Assembly: GCF_009914755.1 (NCBI RefSeq)
Contig: NC_060943.1
DNA from: the human T2T-CHM13v2.0 reference genome, Homo sapiens
Strand: one strand, 5' to 3'
Length of the DNA stretch: 64,000 nt
Below, piece by piece: positions 1 through 17,219 of the stretch. Each line of letters starts with the position of its first letter. Position 1 is the first letter of the stretch. The position numbers and the translations under genes are program-made. A model generated the notes under the pieces. That model was not told the DNA's origin. It saw only the letters and a list, made by a program, of their open reading frames with translations, and searched no databases.

Positions 1-468
1 CGTCTCTTTTCTTAGGAGACTTATTTAGAAAATTTGTAAATGGATTTTGTCTGTCTTCTGAGGTTTTTTGTTGTTTTGTTTTTGTTGTTTGTTTTTTAGA
101 TGGAGTTTTGCTTTTGTTGCTTAGGCTAGAGTGCAATTGCACGATCCCAGTTCACCGCAGCCTTCAACTTCCGGGTACAAGCCCGGTTTCGAACTCCTGA
201 CCTCAAGTGATTCGCCATCTTGGCCTCTGAAAGTGCTGGGATTACAGGTGTGAACCACCACACCTGGTCTGAAGTGGTATTTTTTAGAAACTAACTAAAC
301 CTTTTTTCAGCTTGATGACCCAGGGATGTATTTCTGAAGGACTTGGGAGCTCTCTTTGAAAGGCAAAATACAAGGGAGACAGTACCTGTATCTCAGTAGG
401 AAATTAAATAATTCATACATCAAATAATTCCAATTTAAAGCTATGACCTTTAAATAATTATGAGCCTT

Positions 469-806
469 TGAAGAGAGAGGCCATTTCTCTTACTGTCTCC
501 TGTCTCTGAAGTAAAAGCTGAAAAACAACAGGAATGAAGTCAGTGGCAAGACCAGCTGGTGCCACTGATGACCAGGCCTGAGGTTAAAATATTAACCCCC
601 AACTCTAACCACATGTGCTCTCAATCTATCATGACCCTTTCACGTGGAACCCCTTACAGTTGTAAGCCCTTAAAAGGACCAGGAACTCCTTCTTGGGGGA
701 GCTCGGTTCTTGAGATGCCAGTCAGCCGATGCTCCCGGCCAAATAAAGCAACTTCCTTCTTTAACCCTGTGTGTGAGGGCTTTTGTCTGTGGCTCGTCCT
801 GCTACA
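469..806 (+). mobile_element. Short/internally deleted ERV1 solo LTR (LTR2/LTR15-like) inserted in an older LTR
   Basis: TG...CA ends, 4-bp TSD CCTT (465-468/807-810), AATAAA ~742, 3' end GGCTCGTCCTGCTACA typical of HERV-E group LTRs. Confidence 0.65.
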
Positions 807-876
807 CCTTGAGAGAAATGTGCTCATTCAGCTTGAGTCCAGTGGAATGCAGGCGTAACTTCTACGAGTTTTCCTT

Positions 877-1419
<543 letters not shown>

Positions 1420-2200
1420 TTATTTACAGGAAAAGTTTTCATGTAAATAATTAGAAAGACTAAGCAACCCCAGAGATAAGACCTCCTGAGATCATTGTCC
1501 CTTTTTATGGAGTGATAAAGTAACCTTCCTTGAAGTGTATCACTCTGTCACCAATCAACTTGCTGCAACCTATGCACTGGTCTTGAATGGAAAATGTGAT
1601 TGTCCTAAAGCTTCTGTCTTTCCCTGTGTGTGAAACCTAAACGTCTCTACTATGGAACGCTGATCCCATTCATTTGGAGTTGATGTTTGCCAGTGGCTAT
1701 CCTCATGCTTTGTGTTCAGATAAACTCTATATTTAATCATAAATTCTAAATTTTATTATTTACTGCTGACATCAGTTTCTGTCGGATTTTAGGAGCCTCA
1801 CTACAGAGGGCACCTGTCGCCATGTTGTAAAACTCACACTTGTCAAAAAAACATGGGTTAGGGTTTCTTCCCCTCCTCGGCATGAAGCTACTTAGCTGAC
1901 ACAGATGGTTACCTCCATTACCAAGTAGAGCCAGGATGAACTATGTGTGACCAAGGGTGTTGTCAAGTCCTCTTCCCTGAGGACTGATTAGTGTTTATCT
2001 TGAAAACATGTACTTAATGGGTTGTATAGAACAGTGAAGTTTCTTTCTCTCTTTTCAACCTCTTAGCTGTTTGTCTGTATTTCGCATCATAATCTGGCCT
2101 AAGGCTTATTTATTAATGAAATGGTTTTAATTTCTTTCTCTATTGTCGTCGTGGAGATGATTTCTCATTGGGGGGAAGACTTTTTGTTTGTTTTCAATTA

Positions 2201-2620
<420 letters not shown>

Positions 2621-2699
2621 CTATCTCACACAATCAAAATTGTATTTTAAAACATTAAAAAAAAAAAAGGAAAAAAAGAGACGAGGAAGGAAGCGCTGC

Positions 2700-3850
2700 G
2701 GGAGGGGGTGTTACTTTGTCGCTCAGGCTGGCCTGGACCCCCAGGCTCAGCGATCCTCCCGCCGCTGCTTCCTGAGTAGCTGGGACCTCAGGCTCCTGCC
2801 CCCGCGCGCGCATCCCTCCCACCCCGGCGCCCCATCCAGCAGGTGGTCACCTCACTCCTCCCTGGCCTGAGCACTCCGTCCCGCATCCATGGCGGTGGCT
2901 TTAGGGAAATCTCTGAAGTTGAGCACGGGGTGGACTTGCCCTCCTGAGTGAATGGAGAATAGAAAGGGGGAGGATTTCTATTTTGTTTTGTGGGCCGTCA
3001 GCATGAAATCGTACCTTCCGCCCAGGCAGGGCTTTGCATTTCACATTCTAGTTTGCATCCCCGTTCCAGACAATTCCAGGGCTTTTGAATAGTGCCTCAA
3101 CCTTACTGGCCGGTCTCGACTCCAAAACCCTAAAACAGGCGCTGGAGCGAGGGTGACGGACTCACAGGTCCCACCCCGGCCCCGCCCTCTGCGCCTTCCA
3201 AAGGGCAAAGTCTCTCCGCCTCTCGCCCCGCCCCTGCCTCGTCAGGCCCCGCCCACCTCCCAGGTCCCGCCCAGGCCTGGCTTCTGTCCTGCGCGCAGAT
3301 TCGCGAAAACCCGGAAGCGGATCGCGTGGAGTGACGGTCCCACGGCAGCGCGTGAGTTTGGCTCTGTGTTGTATTAGGTCTGCACTTCCCAGGTCCCTGG
3401 CGCTTCTGTACCTGGGGCGTGGGGTCCCCACAAACCTGGAAATTCTCAGCCGTCTTCCTTCACCCAGAGCAAATTGAGACGACCCCGTGAGAGTCCGGGG
3501 GTCGCTTCCTTTTGTGTTTAAGGTCGCCCTGAGGCTGGTCCCGTCCCGGGTCTTTCTGCTATAGGGCAATGTATACACTTTCTATCGCGCATTTTTCCTG
3601 CTCTAAACCTTTCTCTGACTCCTCCCACCCCGCGCTTTTTGAAGTCCTCACCCAAGAGGTGGATTCTCGCCCACTTCGGCCGGTGGAGCGCAGAACCGCG
3701 GCCCCAGTCCCGGGAAGGCCGCGTCCTCTGTCTGGTCCCGGGATCCTGCAGACCCCACCCTTGTCTTAAGGCGCCCTCGCGCCCCCCCCCCCCCACCTCC
3801 CTCCTCCTGCCGGGCCCTGCTGCTTCCTAGGTCTCCCCTCCGCAGTCACG
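2700..3850 (+). promoter_or_regulatory. ZNF813: CpG-island promoter of the KRAB-ZNF gene
   Basis: High CpG/GC; GC boxes GCCCCGCCC ~3225 and ~3247; ETS site CCGGAAG ~3311; TTCGCGAA palindrome 3300-3307. Confidence 0.85.
3290..3351 (+). other. ZNF813: Non-coding exon 1 (TSS approximate)
   Basis: Donor GCGC|GTGAGT at 3351/3352 inside the CpG island. Confidence 0.75.
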
Positions 3851-3896
3851 GCTTCCCCTGAGCCCACGTTGGGGAGGTGCCCGGGGCTTGTCCTGT

Positions 3897-4888
3897 TGAA
3901 GGAGGCCAGCCCTTCCACACCTGTGGGTATTTCTCGTCAGGTGGGAAGAGAGACTGAGAAAAGAAATAAGACACAAAGACAAAGTATAGAGAAAGGACAG
4001 TGGGCCCAGGGGACCGGCGCTCAGCATACGGAGGACCGGCACCAGTGCCAGCCTCTGAGTTCCCTCAGTATTTATTGATCATTATTTTTACTGTCCTAGT
4101 GAGGGGAGTGTAGCAGGGCAACAGGTGGGGAGAGGTCAGCAAGAAAACATGTGAGCAAAGGAATCTATATCATGAATAAGTTCAAGGAAAGGTACTGTGC
4201 CCAGATGTGCACGTAGGCTAGATTTATGTTTCTCTTCACCCAAACATCTCAGTGTAGCAAAGAGTCACAGAGCAGTATTGCTGCCAGCATATCTCGCCTC
4301 CAGCCACAGGGCGGTTTTCTCCTATCTCAGAATAGAACGAATGGAAATGGTCAGCTTTACACCTAGACATTCCATTCCCAGGGACCAGCAGGAGACAGAA
4401 GTCTTCCTCTTATCTCAACTGCAAAGAGGCCTTCCTCTTTCACTACTCCTCCTCAGCACAGACTCTTTACGGGTGTCCGGCTGGGGGATGTAAGGTCTTT
4501 CCTTTCCCACGAGGCCATATCTCAGGCTGTCTCAGTGGGGGGAAACTTGGACAATACCCAGGCTTTCTAGGGCAGAGGTCCCTGCGGCTTTCCGCAGTGC
4601 ATTGTGTCCCTGGTTAACTGAGAATGGAGAATGGCGATGACTTTTACCAAGCATACTGCCTGCAAACATATTGTTAACAAGGCACACCCTGCACAGCCCT
4701 AAATCCATTAAACCTTGATTCAATACAGCACATGTTTCTGTGAGCACAGGGTTGGGGCTAAAGTTACGGATTAACAGCATCTCAAAGCAGAAACAATTTT
4801 TCTTAGTACAGATCAAAATGAAGTTTCTTATGTCTTCCTTTTCTGCATCCACAAAGTAACAGTCTGATTTCTCTTTCTTTTCCCCATA
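3897..4888 (-). mobile_element. HERV-K(HML-2) solo LTR, LTR5A/B type
   Basis: Minus strand starts TATGGGGAAAAGAAAGAGAAATCAGACTGTTAC and ends ...CCTTCA; 992 bp; perfect 6-bp TSD TCCTGT (3891-3896/4889-4894). Confidence 0.93.
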
Positions 4889-5425
4889 TCCTGTGACATG
4901 GGGTGTTCTTCCCTGCCCAGCTCCAGCCCCTTGAAAATGCGCTCCCCTGGTATGTAGCCATCTTACTCCAAACCGTCATGTGATTCTGTGGGCTAAAGGG
5001 ATCAGGAGACACACGCAGTAGAAAACCTGAGAAAGAAAAGAATGAGAAAGACTCATAACAGATGGCAAAGTAGAGAATGGGTGAGGGATTTGCCAAGAGA
5101 CAACGAAAGTGAAAAAAATATATATAAGAAAGCAGGAGGAGAAAAGCAACTGGAGACATGCAGAGAAAAGCTAGATGTACAGAGAGATGAAGGACAGCAA
5201 GGTAGGGAGAGGGGCAGCAAAGAGGGAGGCTCATCAGGGTGAGGGAGAGGAGGAGGGATTTGGAGCCAGGGCAGACAGAGCAGAGTGGTGCTGGTGGCAA
5301 GGAGAACAGAGGGAGAAGCACAGCAGGGAGGACACCTGGGGATCTAGGCTGCCAGAGAGTGGGGACAGGGGGTATAACAGGGAAGAGAGAATTTAACGGG
5401 GAGAGCAGAGGAGGCGCAGAGATGG

Positions 5426-5956
5426 TGTTGCGGGAAACTGAGGACTAGAGAGACTGATATGGGGGAGACAGAAGGATGTTTATTTAAGGTACGCACCGGC
5501 TCAGTGGATTTACATCTAAAAAGCTGAGCATTTCAACAAAGACAGAGTGGGGTTTTTATAAGCAGGCTTACAGAAGCAAAATAAAAGCAGTTAATCATGT
5601 AATGATTGGTCACATAATCTATAGCATAGCATAACTTGTGGCCTTGCATAGCTGGTGGTCTTGCAGCTGCATTGAAAGAAAAGCAAGAACAGCTAAATAC
5701 ATTTGTTTTCTTTCTTTCTTTCTTTCTTTTTCTTTTCTTTTCTTTCTTTCTTTCTTTCACTCTTGTTCTAAAGGGGAGGAGGTGTCTGGAGCCCATTCCT
5801 TTGGCTTCGACTTCGCAAACAGCGTTATGTTATAACTGTTCTCTAAGTGAGCTTGCTAGGCAGAGGAAAACTTGTTCTTCTCTTTTTAACCCTTGCCTTG
5901 CCTGTTACTTTTCTTGGAGTGAATGAATGCATATTTTTTTTTTAATTTCTGCCTGA
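5426..5956 (-). mobile_element. 3' LTR of the ERV3-like provirus
   Basis: Follows PPT AAAGGGAGAAAA (5969-5958, minus); ends ...CCCGCAACA at 5426; internal (TTTC)n expansion. Confidence 0.75.
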
Positions 5957-7097
5957 GTTTTCTCCCTTTGCTTTTTATAAACAAGATTTTAATAGAAAGC
6001 ATCACTATTACTTGATTATTCATGAAAAAGCAGGTTTTCTTCTTTAGGCACAGGCTGATATTTATATGGAGCTATTAGCTGAGTGGTAGTCTGCCTAGTG
6101 ACAATTGCTTCTATAGTTGATTGAATGTTCCTTAACAAGGAGAGGTAAGAGGTAAGGGAGTATTAAACCAATTCTTAGTATTTCTAGAACCACTCCTGTT
6201 AAGGTTTTGAATCGACTGAAGGAGGAAAACCAGCCGCTAAAGAGGGACTCAGGAGTCTACTTTGTCTAAGTCTGGACTGGAACATGGGATAATTTTTTTA
6301 TTCTTGCAGTTATTTCTATAACAGCCTTCCTATTGTCATTGATTTCTAGGCAGCAATTAGTTAGATTAAACTTTCTACATACTCCTCCTTCCTGGGCTAG
6401 GAGGTAGTCGAAAGCTAATCTATTTTGGTAGATGGCATTTCTCATTTTTGTGGCTTGCTGGGCCAGTAAGTCTAATGCATTTGCTGTTTCATTAGTGATG
6501 ATTTCAAGTACTGCTTGCAACTTTATGATGCGGTTAAGCATGTAAATTGGGGTGCGGTACCTTTATGACTTATTTTGTGCCCAGGTAGCTGGCCTAGAGT
6601 ACTGAATTAGTCTTTCAGGGGGCCAATCTGTGTCTTTCTAGTCTTCTATTTTTATGTCTTTTCTTATGTCTATATCTCTTTTGTTTTTTTCTTTAATTTT
6701 ATTGTAGACAGGATACCTTCAAGTTTCTCCCTGTTGCAGTGGGAGTGAGAAGAAACATGGTCTAATTGTTTCAAGTACACTAGCCCTTGTCCTTTTTCCT
6801 GGCAACTGTCGGTAGGCCCTTGGTGCACAGATCTAATAGAGACCAGAGGGTGCTTGCCAGGTATTTGGAGCTTCAAGCTGATACTATGTGTGGTTTAGAG
6901 AAGAGAAACAGGAGAATGGGTTTGGATGAGGTGATCTGGAGTCATCTTTGCCTTGCCACAAAGTTTTCTTTAGTGTTTTATTATAATATTCCTGTCTTAA
7001 ACAAGTTAATTCTTCTAGGGAGTCTGTAAAAGCTTTTCCTTAGTGAGCAACACAGTATCTCCTGATAATGGAAGTTTTTAAGAGCTAGGGGCTTAAG

Positions 7098-7467
<370 letters not shown>

Positions 7468-8176
7468 TTAAGGCCATTGGTCTCCTATGTTAGTCCTTCT
7501 ACAAACATAACATGAGAAAATGCTTAAGCTGCTAGCAATGTTTTCAGCTAGCCGAGCAAACAGGTTTTTAGCTAAAGGATGATGCTCTCGTAACTTCTAG
7601 TCTGCATGCTTATGGAATGATTTAAAAACTCGGAATTGTTGCTGGTCCGGGTTCCTTTTTGATAACATATAGGTAGGTTTCTGGGTAGGTGTGTGTGGAG
7701 ACATGTATGGGGTAACCTGCAGTCCACACGGGTAGGTCTGGCTTTAGAATGGTGAAATTTACTGGATGACAGGTTTTTGTTTCACAGTCTGGTTTTACTG
7801 GCATTTCGATAAGCATAATTGGCCTTTGTTGTGTGCTGGGGTGCCACGATATGCAATACTGAGAATCTTTTTCTGGGTCCCAGGGGACAAGGTGGCATGC
7901 ATACATATTTGTAGTCATTTCTATAGTATCTTTATACAGGTAGGTTACCACAGACGGATGAGTCTAGGTCTGCTGCTGGACAAGCATCAAAATACAGAGA
8001 AATAGGCCATCGGTAAAAGGGAGGGACCTTGGTTTGGTTTAAGAGGGAACTTTCTTTTGACCTTGCATGTATTTTAAACTATTCACCAGGTGAAAACTTT
8101 GTGTTATAACATACATAAGGTTGGTTATTTCCTGGGTCACAAATTGAGTAGATGGTCTGATTATAAGTACAAGTCT

Positions 8177-8480
8177 TTCTTTTTTTTTTTTTTTTTTGAG
8201 ATGGAGTTTCACTCTTGTTGCCCAGGCTGGAGTGCAATGACATGATCATGGCTCACCACAACCTCCACCTTCTGGGTTCAAGCAATTCTCCTGCCCCATC
8301 CTCCTGAATAGCTGTGATTACAGGCATGTACCACCATGCCTGGTTAATTTTGTATTTTTATTCAAGACGGGGTTGTTCCATGTTGGTGTGGCTGGTCTCG
8401 AACTCCCGACCTCAGGTGATCCACCTGCCTCGGCCTCCCAGAGTGCTGGAATTACAGGCATGAGTGACCACACCTGGCCT
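8177..8480 (-). mobile_element. AluS in env
   Basis: Poly-T then reverse Alu; TSD TTATAAGTACAAGT. Confidence 0.88.
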
Positions 8481-8809
8481 TTATAAGTACAAGTTCTTAA
8501 GCGAGTCCTTGTACACTCATAATAAGTATGGTGCAGTAGAGTCTTAGTTATCCTGTTCCCTGACCAGGTAGGTAGTATGTGTACAGTGGGGACACATTTC
8601 TATAGTTGCTTTTTCTACCATGGTTAAGGAGGGTAGCAACAGCAAAACAGTGTACAGCATGTTCATATCCAGCAAGGACAGAAGAGGGCCTTGCCTGGCA
8701 GAGGAGGTTGAGCACAACGACAGAACAATAATAAAACAGTTAGTATTACAAGGAAAACTACTAGTCTTAAGATTTCTAACCACATTTACTTGCTTGATGA
8801 GTCCTCAAG

Positions 8810-9000
8810 CTTCAGCTGTGCGTAGACTAGTCAGCTTCTGGTGTGTGACTAGAGCAGGGCTTGTCCCCTCCAGCTTCAGCTGTGCATAGGCTAGTCAGCT
8901 TCCGGTGTGTGACTAGAGCTGGGCTTGTCGTCCCCTCCAGCTTCAGCTGTGCATAGACTGGTCAGCCTCCAGAGTGACCAGAGCAGGGCTGTCGTCCTCA
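8810..9000. repeat. Three tandem ~65-bp units between pol and env
   Basis: CTTCAGCTGTGC...AGAGCAGGGCT at 8810, 8874, 8941. Confidence 0.85.
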
Positions 9001-9974
9001 GCAGCAGCTTGGTCTCATCTCAGGATCAGCTGAGTTGGATGGTCTGGGTCTTGCTGGCTGGTCCACTTGCCCTGAGCTGCCAGTTTCAGCTGACTGTGGT
9101 GGATCTACGGCATGATTCCTGCAAATTTAATAGCAGTGGGAGTGGACAAGATTACAATATAGGGCCCATTCTATATGGGTCTTAGAGAAGTTGGATTCTA
9201 CTTTTTAACCTAAACAGAGTCTCCAGGTTTAAGCGGTGTACTGGATCTGTCAGACTTATCGGCATTCTTTCTCATATTCAGTTATGGGCTTCTTGCATGG
9301 CTATTATTAAAGCCTGCATTTGTTTTCTTAAAGTTAATTCCTCTAGTTCTTGGAGATCACTTTTAATTTGACTTATGATTGGAGAGGCCGACTGAACGAA
9401 CTCTCATAAGGTGAATACCTAGTTTATTTGGTGGGGGTGCACCTGACTCAGAGGACAACCATATGAAAGACCTGATCTTATCTCAGGTGAGTTTCTTGGC
9501 AGTATTTCTTCAGTAGCTGCTTAACGTCTGGTTCATGTATTTTACTTTTCTTGAACTTTCCGGCCAATAGGCTATGTGTAACTTCTATTTTATTTTTAGC
9601 AGTCTTGTTAAATCTTGCACTATTTCAGCTGCAAATGCTGGCCCATTGTCTGACTTTAGAGATAGAGGCAGTCCAAACCTGGGAAGAAGTCTTCAGTCAC
9701 TTCTCATGCTTTTTCTGTCCTGGTGGGGAAAGCTTTAACCTATCTTGAAAAAGGTACAAATAAGCACTAGCATATACCGACATCCTCTGTCGGATGCACG
9801 GAGCAGTTCGGTAAAGTTTATAACCAAGTTTTCACAAGGCATGGCTCCTGCTTCTTGAATTCTTGGGGGCCAACTGGGCCCCCATAACGGTTATTCTGAG
9901 CACAGGTTAAACATTGTTTACAAATGGCTCAAATGACAGCAGAGAGCCACAGCACATAGAAATGGCACTTTCGT

Positions 9975-10342
<368 letters not shown>

Positions 10343-11916
10343 TTAGGAGCTAACATCTTTGGAATGGCTAGTCTCCTATCAAAGAACTTCTACTACCTTC
10401 TTTTAATATATTTTTTATCTTCTTGGGCAAACCAGGATCTTTGATTTGGAGTATAACTTGGGTCGTCTTGGAGAGGAGGTTCTGGGAGGAGAGGCATAGC
10501 TAAGGCTTCCTCTTTAAAATGCAGCGTGATCATTGCTGCCTGCTTTGCCTCTCTGCCTTTCTGTTTCCTGTGGCTTCTGGCATCCTTGCCATTTGGTGCC
10601 CTCTGCAGTGCATTATAGCTACTTTCTCTGGAGCCTATACTGCCTCTAAGAGCTGTAGAATCTCTTCTTTGTACTTTATTTCTTGCCTCTAGCTGATAAA
10701 AGTCCTCTCTCTTTATATATAGTTCCATGTACATGCAAGGTAGTAAAAGCATACTTAGAATTAGTGTAAATACTGACTTCTCTTTTGCTAGCAACAGTGC
10801 TCTTGTCAGGGCTATTAATTCTGCCTTTTGAGCTGATGTTCCGGTAGGCAGAGGCTGAGCCTCTACTACTGAGTCTGATGTTACCACTGCATACCTGGCA
10901 TGTCCAAACTCTTCTAGCACAGAACTACTTCCACCTGTGAAGTACTTGACATCTGGGTCTCTGAGGGGTCTGTCTGTAAGATCTTTCTCATTGGGGAATA
11001 CCTCGTCTACTGTTTTGACACAGTTATGGAGAGGAGCTGCCTGTTCGACTGGGAGCAGAATAGCCGGGTTAGGGTGTTTACTGTTCTAAAATTGTGTAAG
11101 GGTTTTCACATAGAAGCCCTTGGTACTGAGTCATCCTCAGGTTTGATAACTAATGGTGCCTTCTTTGATCCATCAAAGTTATGACTCAGTGTGGCACCCA
11201 GACGGTTAGTTGCTGTCCTAGAGTTAATTTGCTAGCTTCCTGTGTTAACAAGATGGTGGCAGCTAATGCCTTAAGGCAAAGAGGCCATCTTAACACCACG
11301 GAGTCTGGTTGTTTGGATAAATGTGCCACTGGGCGATGCCACGATCCTATAAGTTGAGTCAGAGCCCCTATAGTCATTGTTTTTTTGTTCATGAACATAT
11401 AGAAAGACTTAGTTATGTCTCATAGTCTTAAGGCTGGGACCTGAGTTAAAGCTTCCTTGACCTGCTTGAAGTCTATTTCTTGATTAGGTTTTCAAAGGAG
11501 GGGCTCCTTTTCTCCTCTTTTTGTGGCTTCCTATTAACGACTTAGCCATCAGTGAACAATTTGGAATCCGGAATCTTGCTGCCTCTAAAAATTCCTATTT
11601 GACGTTGGGTGGCCGGGGTTGGAAGGGCACAAATGGCTTGCTTCCACTCATAGCCAAGCCAGTGTTCCTTGTGGCTCACTATGACACCTAGATATATGGA
11701 ACCTCTTCAAGGCAAATTTGGGCTTGCTTTTTTGATATTTTGTAACTTATTTTCTATAGGAAATGGAAGAGATCCTGGGTTCCCCGATAACAGTCCTCTT
11801 AGATTGGGGCCGGCAAAAGAAGCTCATCTGCATACTGCAACAAGGTGCAGTTGCTATTTGGCAGGGTATAAGCCATGAGGTCTGAAGCCAATGTTTCTCT
11901 AAAGATTGTGGGAGAG

Positions 11917-12528
<612 letters not shown>

Positions 12529-12869
12529 TGTGGGAGAGTTTTTAAACCTTTGTGGGAGTCTAGTCCAGGTGAACTGTGACGCTTCATTGTCTTATGAAAT
12601 GCAAAGATAGGCTGACTAACTGGTGCCAGACAGATATAAAAGAAAGCATCCTTTAAGTTTAAGACTGTAAACTAGGTAGCACTTGCTGGAGTCCTATCAC
12701 AGTGTACGGGTTGGGTACCACTGGATGGATAGTTACCGTGGCCTGGTTTACAACATGCAAATCTTGCACCAGCCTATATTCATTAGACCCTGGCCCTGGC
12801 AATGGCTTCTGAACTGTCAAAAGTGGAGTGTTCTAAGGCGACTAGCATTGGACTAAAATCTTATGTTTA

Positions 12870-14811
<1,942 letters not shown>

Positions 14812-14852
14812 TAAATCTTAGTTTTCAAAATTTCTCTTTTAATACATAATCA

Positions 14853-15953
14853 TGGAGAGGAGGCTGCAATGCCGAATGGAGGAGGCAGGAACCGGAGTGT
14901 GAGCAGTAGCTGGGTGGGCACCATGGCTGGGATCACCACCATCGAGGCAGTGAAGCGCAAGATCCAGGTTCTGCAGCTGCAGGCAGATGATGAGGAGTGA
15001 GCTGAGCACCTCCAGTGAGAAGCTGAGAGAAAAAGGTGGGCCCGGGAACAGGCTGAGGCTGAAGTGGCCTCCGTGAACGGTAGGATCCAGCTGGTTGAAG
15101 AGGAGCTGGACTGTGCTCAGGAGCGCCTGGCCACTGCCCTGCAAAAGCTGGAAGAAGCGGGAAAAGCTGCTGATGAGAGTGAGAGAGATACAAAGGTTAT
15201 TGAAATCTGGGCCTTAAAAGATGAAGAAGATGGAACTCCAGGAAATCCAACTCAAAGAAGCTAAGCACATTGCAGATGAGGCAGATGGGAAGTATGAAGA
15301 GGTGGCTCGTAAGTTGGTGATCATTGAAAGAGACATGGAATGCACAGAAGAATGAGCTGAGCTGGCGGAGTCCCGTTGCTGAGAGATGGATGAGCAGATC
15401 AGACTGATGGACCAGAACCTGAAGTGTCTGAGTGCAGCTGAAGAAAAGTACCCTCAAAAAGAAGACAAATGTGAGGAAGAGATGAAGATTCTTACTGATA
15501 ATCTCGAGGAGGCAGAGACCCATGCTGAGTTGGCTGAGAGATCAGTAGCCAAGCTGGAAAAGACAATTGATGACTTGGAAGATAAACTGAAATGCACCAA
15601 AGAGGAACACCTCTGTACACAAAGGATGCTGGACCAGACTCTGCTTGACCTGAATGAGATGTAGAATGCCCCAGTCCCACCCTGCTGCTGCTCCTTCCTC
15701 TGACCCTGACTCCGCCTGAGGCCAGCCTGCCCGAAGCTGACCTTTACCTGAGGGCTGATCTTCAATTGGAAGGCTGCTTTCTCCTCTCACCACCCCCTCC
15801 TCCCCTGCCTCTTTTTCACCAAACTGTCTCTGCCTCTTCCTGGAGATTCCAGCTGGGCTAGAGGCTGAGAACCTTTGCAAACAACATTTAAGGGAATGTG
15901 AGCCCAATGCATGTCTTTAAAAAGCATGTTGTGATGTAAAAAAAAAAAAAAAA
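14853..15953 (+). pseudogene. TPM3P6: Processed TPM3 pseudogene (cytoskeletal Tpm3.1-type mRNA); probably TPM3P6
   Basis: Intronless MAGITTIEAVKRKIQVLQ (ATG 14923) to ...DQTLLDLNEM* (15664) with stops and a frameshift; 3' UTR, poly-A 15938-15954; TSD-like ACATAAT both sides. P-number from memory of the locus. Confidence 0.9.
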
Positions 15954-16397
15954 ACATAATTACTTCTGGAAGATGCCTTTGTCACATCCTATAATCAGCT
16001 CACATCATTTTTTTTCTGTACATTTCCCAGTTATTTTCCTGTTGACCCCAGAATTTGTTAGATTTTTGAAAGACAATTTCTAAATAGTTTCTGTTTGAAA
16101 CTAGTTGCATCTGGTTCAGATCAAGGTCTGCATGCTTTCTAGTCTTTATTATTTATTGAAAACCTTTAGTACCGAATACAGAAGTTTGATTATTTCAGTG
16201 CCTACCTGGTAAAGATGTCAGTGACCTTTTACCTTAACATCAAAATGTAGTTTAACCAGTTAGTGTATTTTTCAGTTTTCTTTCCTTATGTCATCTGTGG
16301 ACATCTTGAGCTGTGAGCTATTAAGTGCATGTTTCCCTCAAGGCCCTCTGGTCCATTCTGGACTAATGTTGAAAGATGGGTTGGATTGGCATGGAAC

Positions 16398-16885
16398 TTT
16401 TGGGGTGGCCAGACCCAACACCAGGCCATGGGGGCTACGAACTCTGGCGGAGTCAAAGGAATGAGAAAAGACAAGTTAAGAATGCATAAGGTGGGTCCAG
16501 GGGGCCAATGCTAGTATGGAGGCTGCAAAAGACCCAAGCTCTGGAAGCCCACACTATTTATTGGTGATCAAACAAAGAAGCAGGTGGTGAGGATGTGGGG
16601 GTTGGTAGGAAGTGGTGCATCAAGCACATGATCTATAGGTGTGTCAGTTTAGCATTTATATGGAACATGTTCTGCGACTTGAGATCATGGGGAACTTGAG
16701 ATCATGTTCTTCTAGTTTAAGATACAATCATTTTATGAGCCTGGGAGTGCTAGAAGCAAGGAAGCAGCAAGTCTGGGCACATTCCAGAGGCCACGAGGGG
16801 TTTTAGGCCCTGGACCCTGGCATGTTCCAAGACTCTTTTTATATTATGTCAGACTAGCAAGCCCTGCCTCAGCTTTTCCCCAACA
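16398..16885 (-). mobile_element. ERVK (class II) solo LTR, likely LTR14/HML-1 type
   Basis: Minus strand starts TGTTGGGGAAAAGCTGAGGCAGGGCTTGC; TSD TGGAAC/TGGAAT; AATAAA on minus ~16557. Confidence 0.7.
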
Positions 16886-16916
16886 TGGAATGCTATTCTA
16901 AAAGCACCCATGTATT

Positions 16917-17219
16917 CTTTTTTTTTTTTTTTTTGAGATGGAGTTTCACTCTTGTTGCTCAGGCTAGAGTGCAATGGTGTGATCTAGGCTCACTACAACC
17001 TCTGCCTCCTGGGTTCAAGTGATTCTCCTGCCTCAGCCTCCCAAGTTGCTGGGACAACAGGCACCCAGCCACCATGCCCAGCTAAATTTTTGGATTTTTA
17101 GTAGAGATGGGGTTTCATCATGTTGACCAGGCTCGTCTCAAACTCCTGACCTCAGGTGATCTACCCACCTCAACCTCCCAAAGTGCTGAGATTACAGGCA
17201 TGATCCATTGAACCTGGCC
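16917..17219 (-). mobile_element. AluS
   Basis: Reverse Alu; TSD ACCCATGTATTCTT. Confidence 0.88.
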
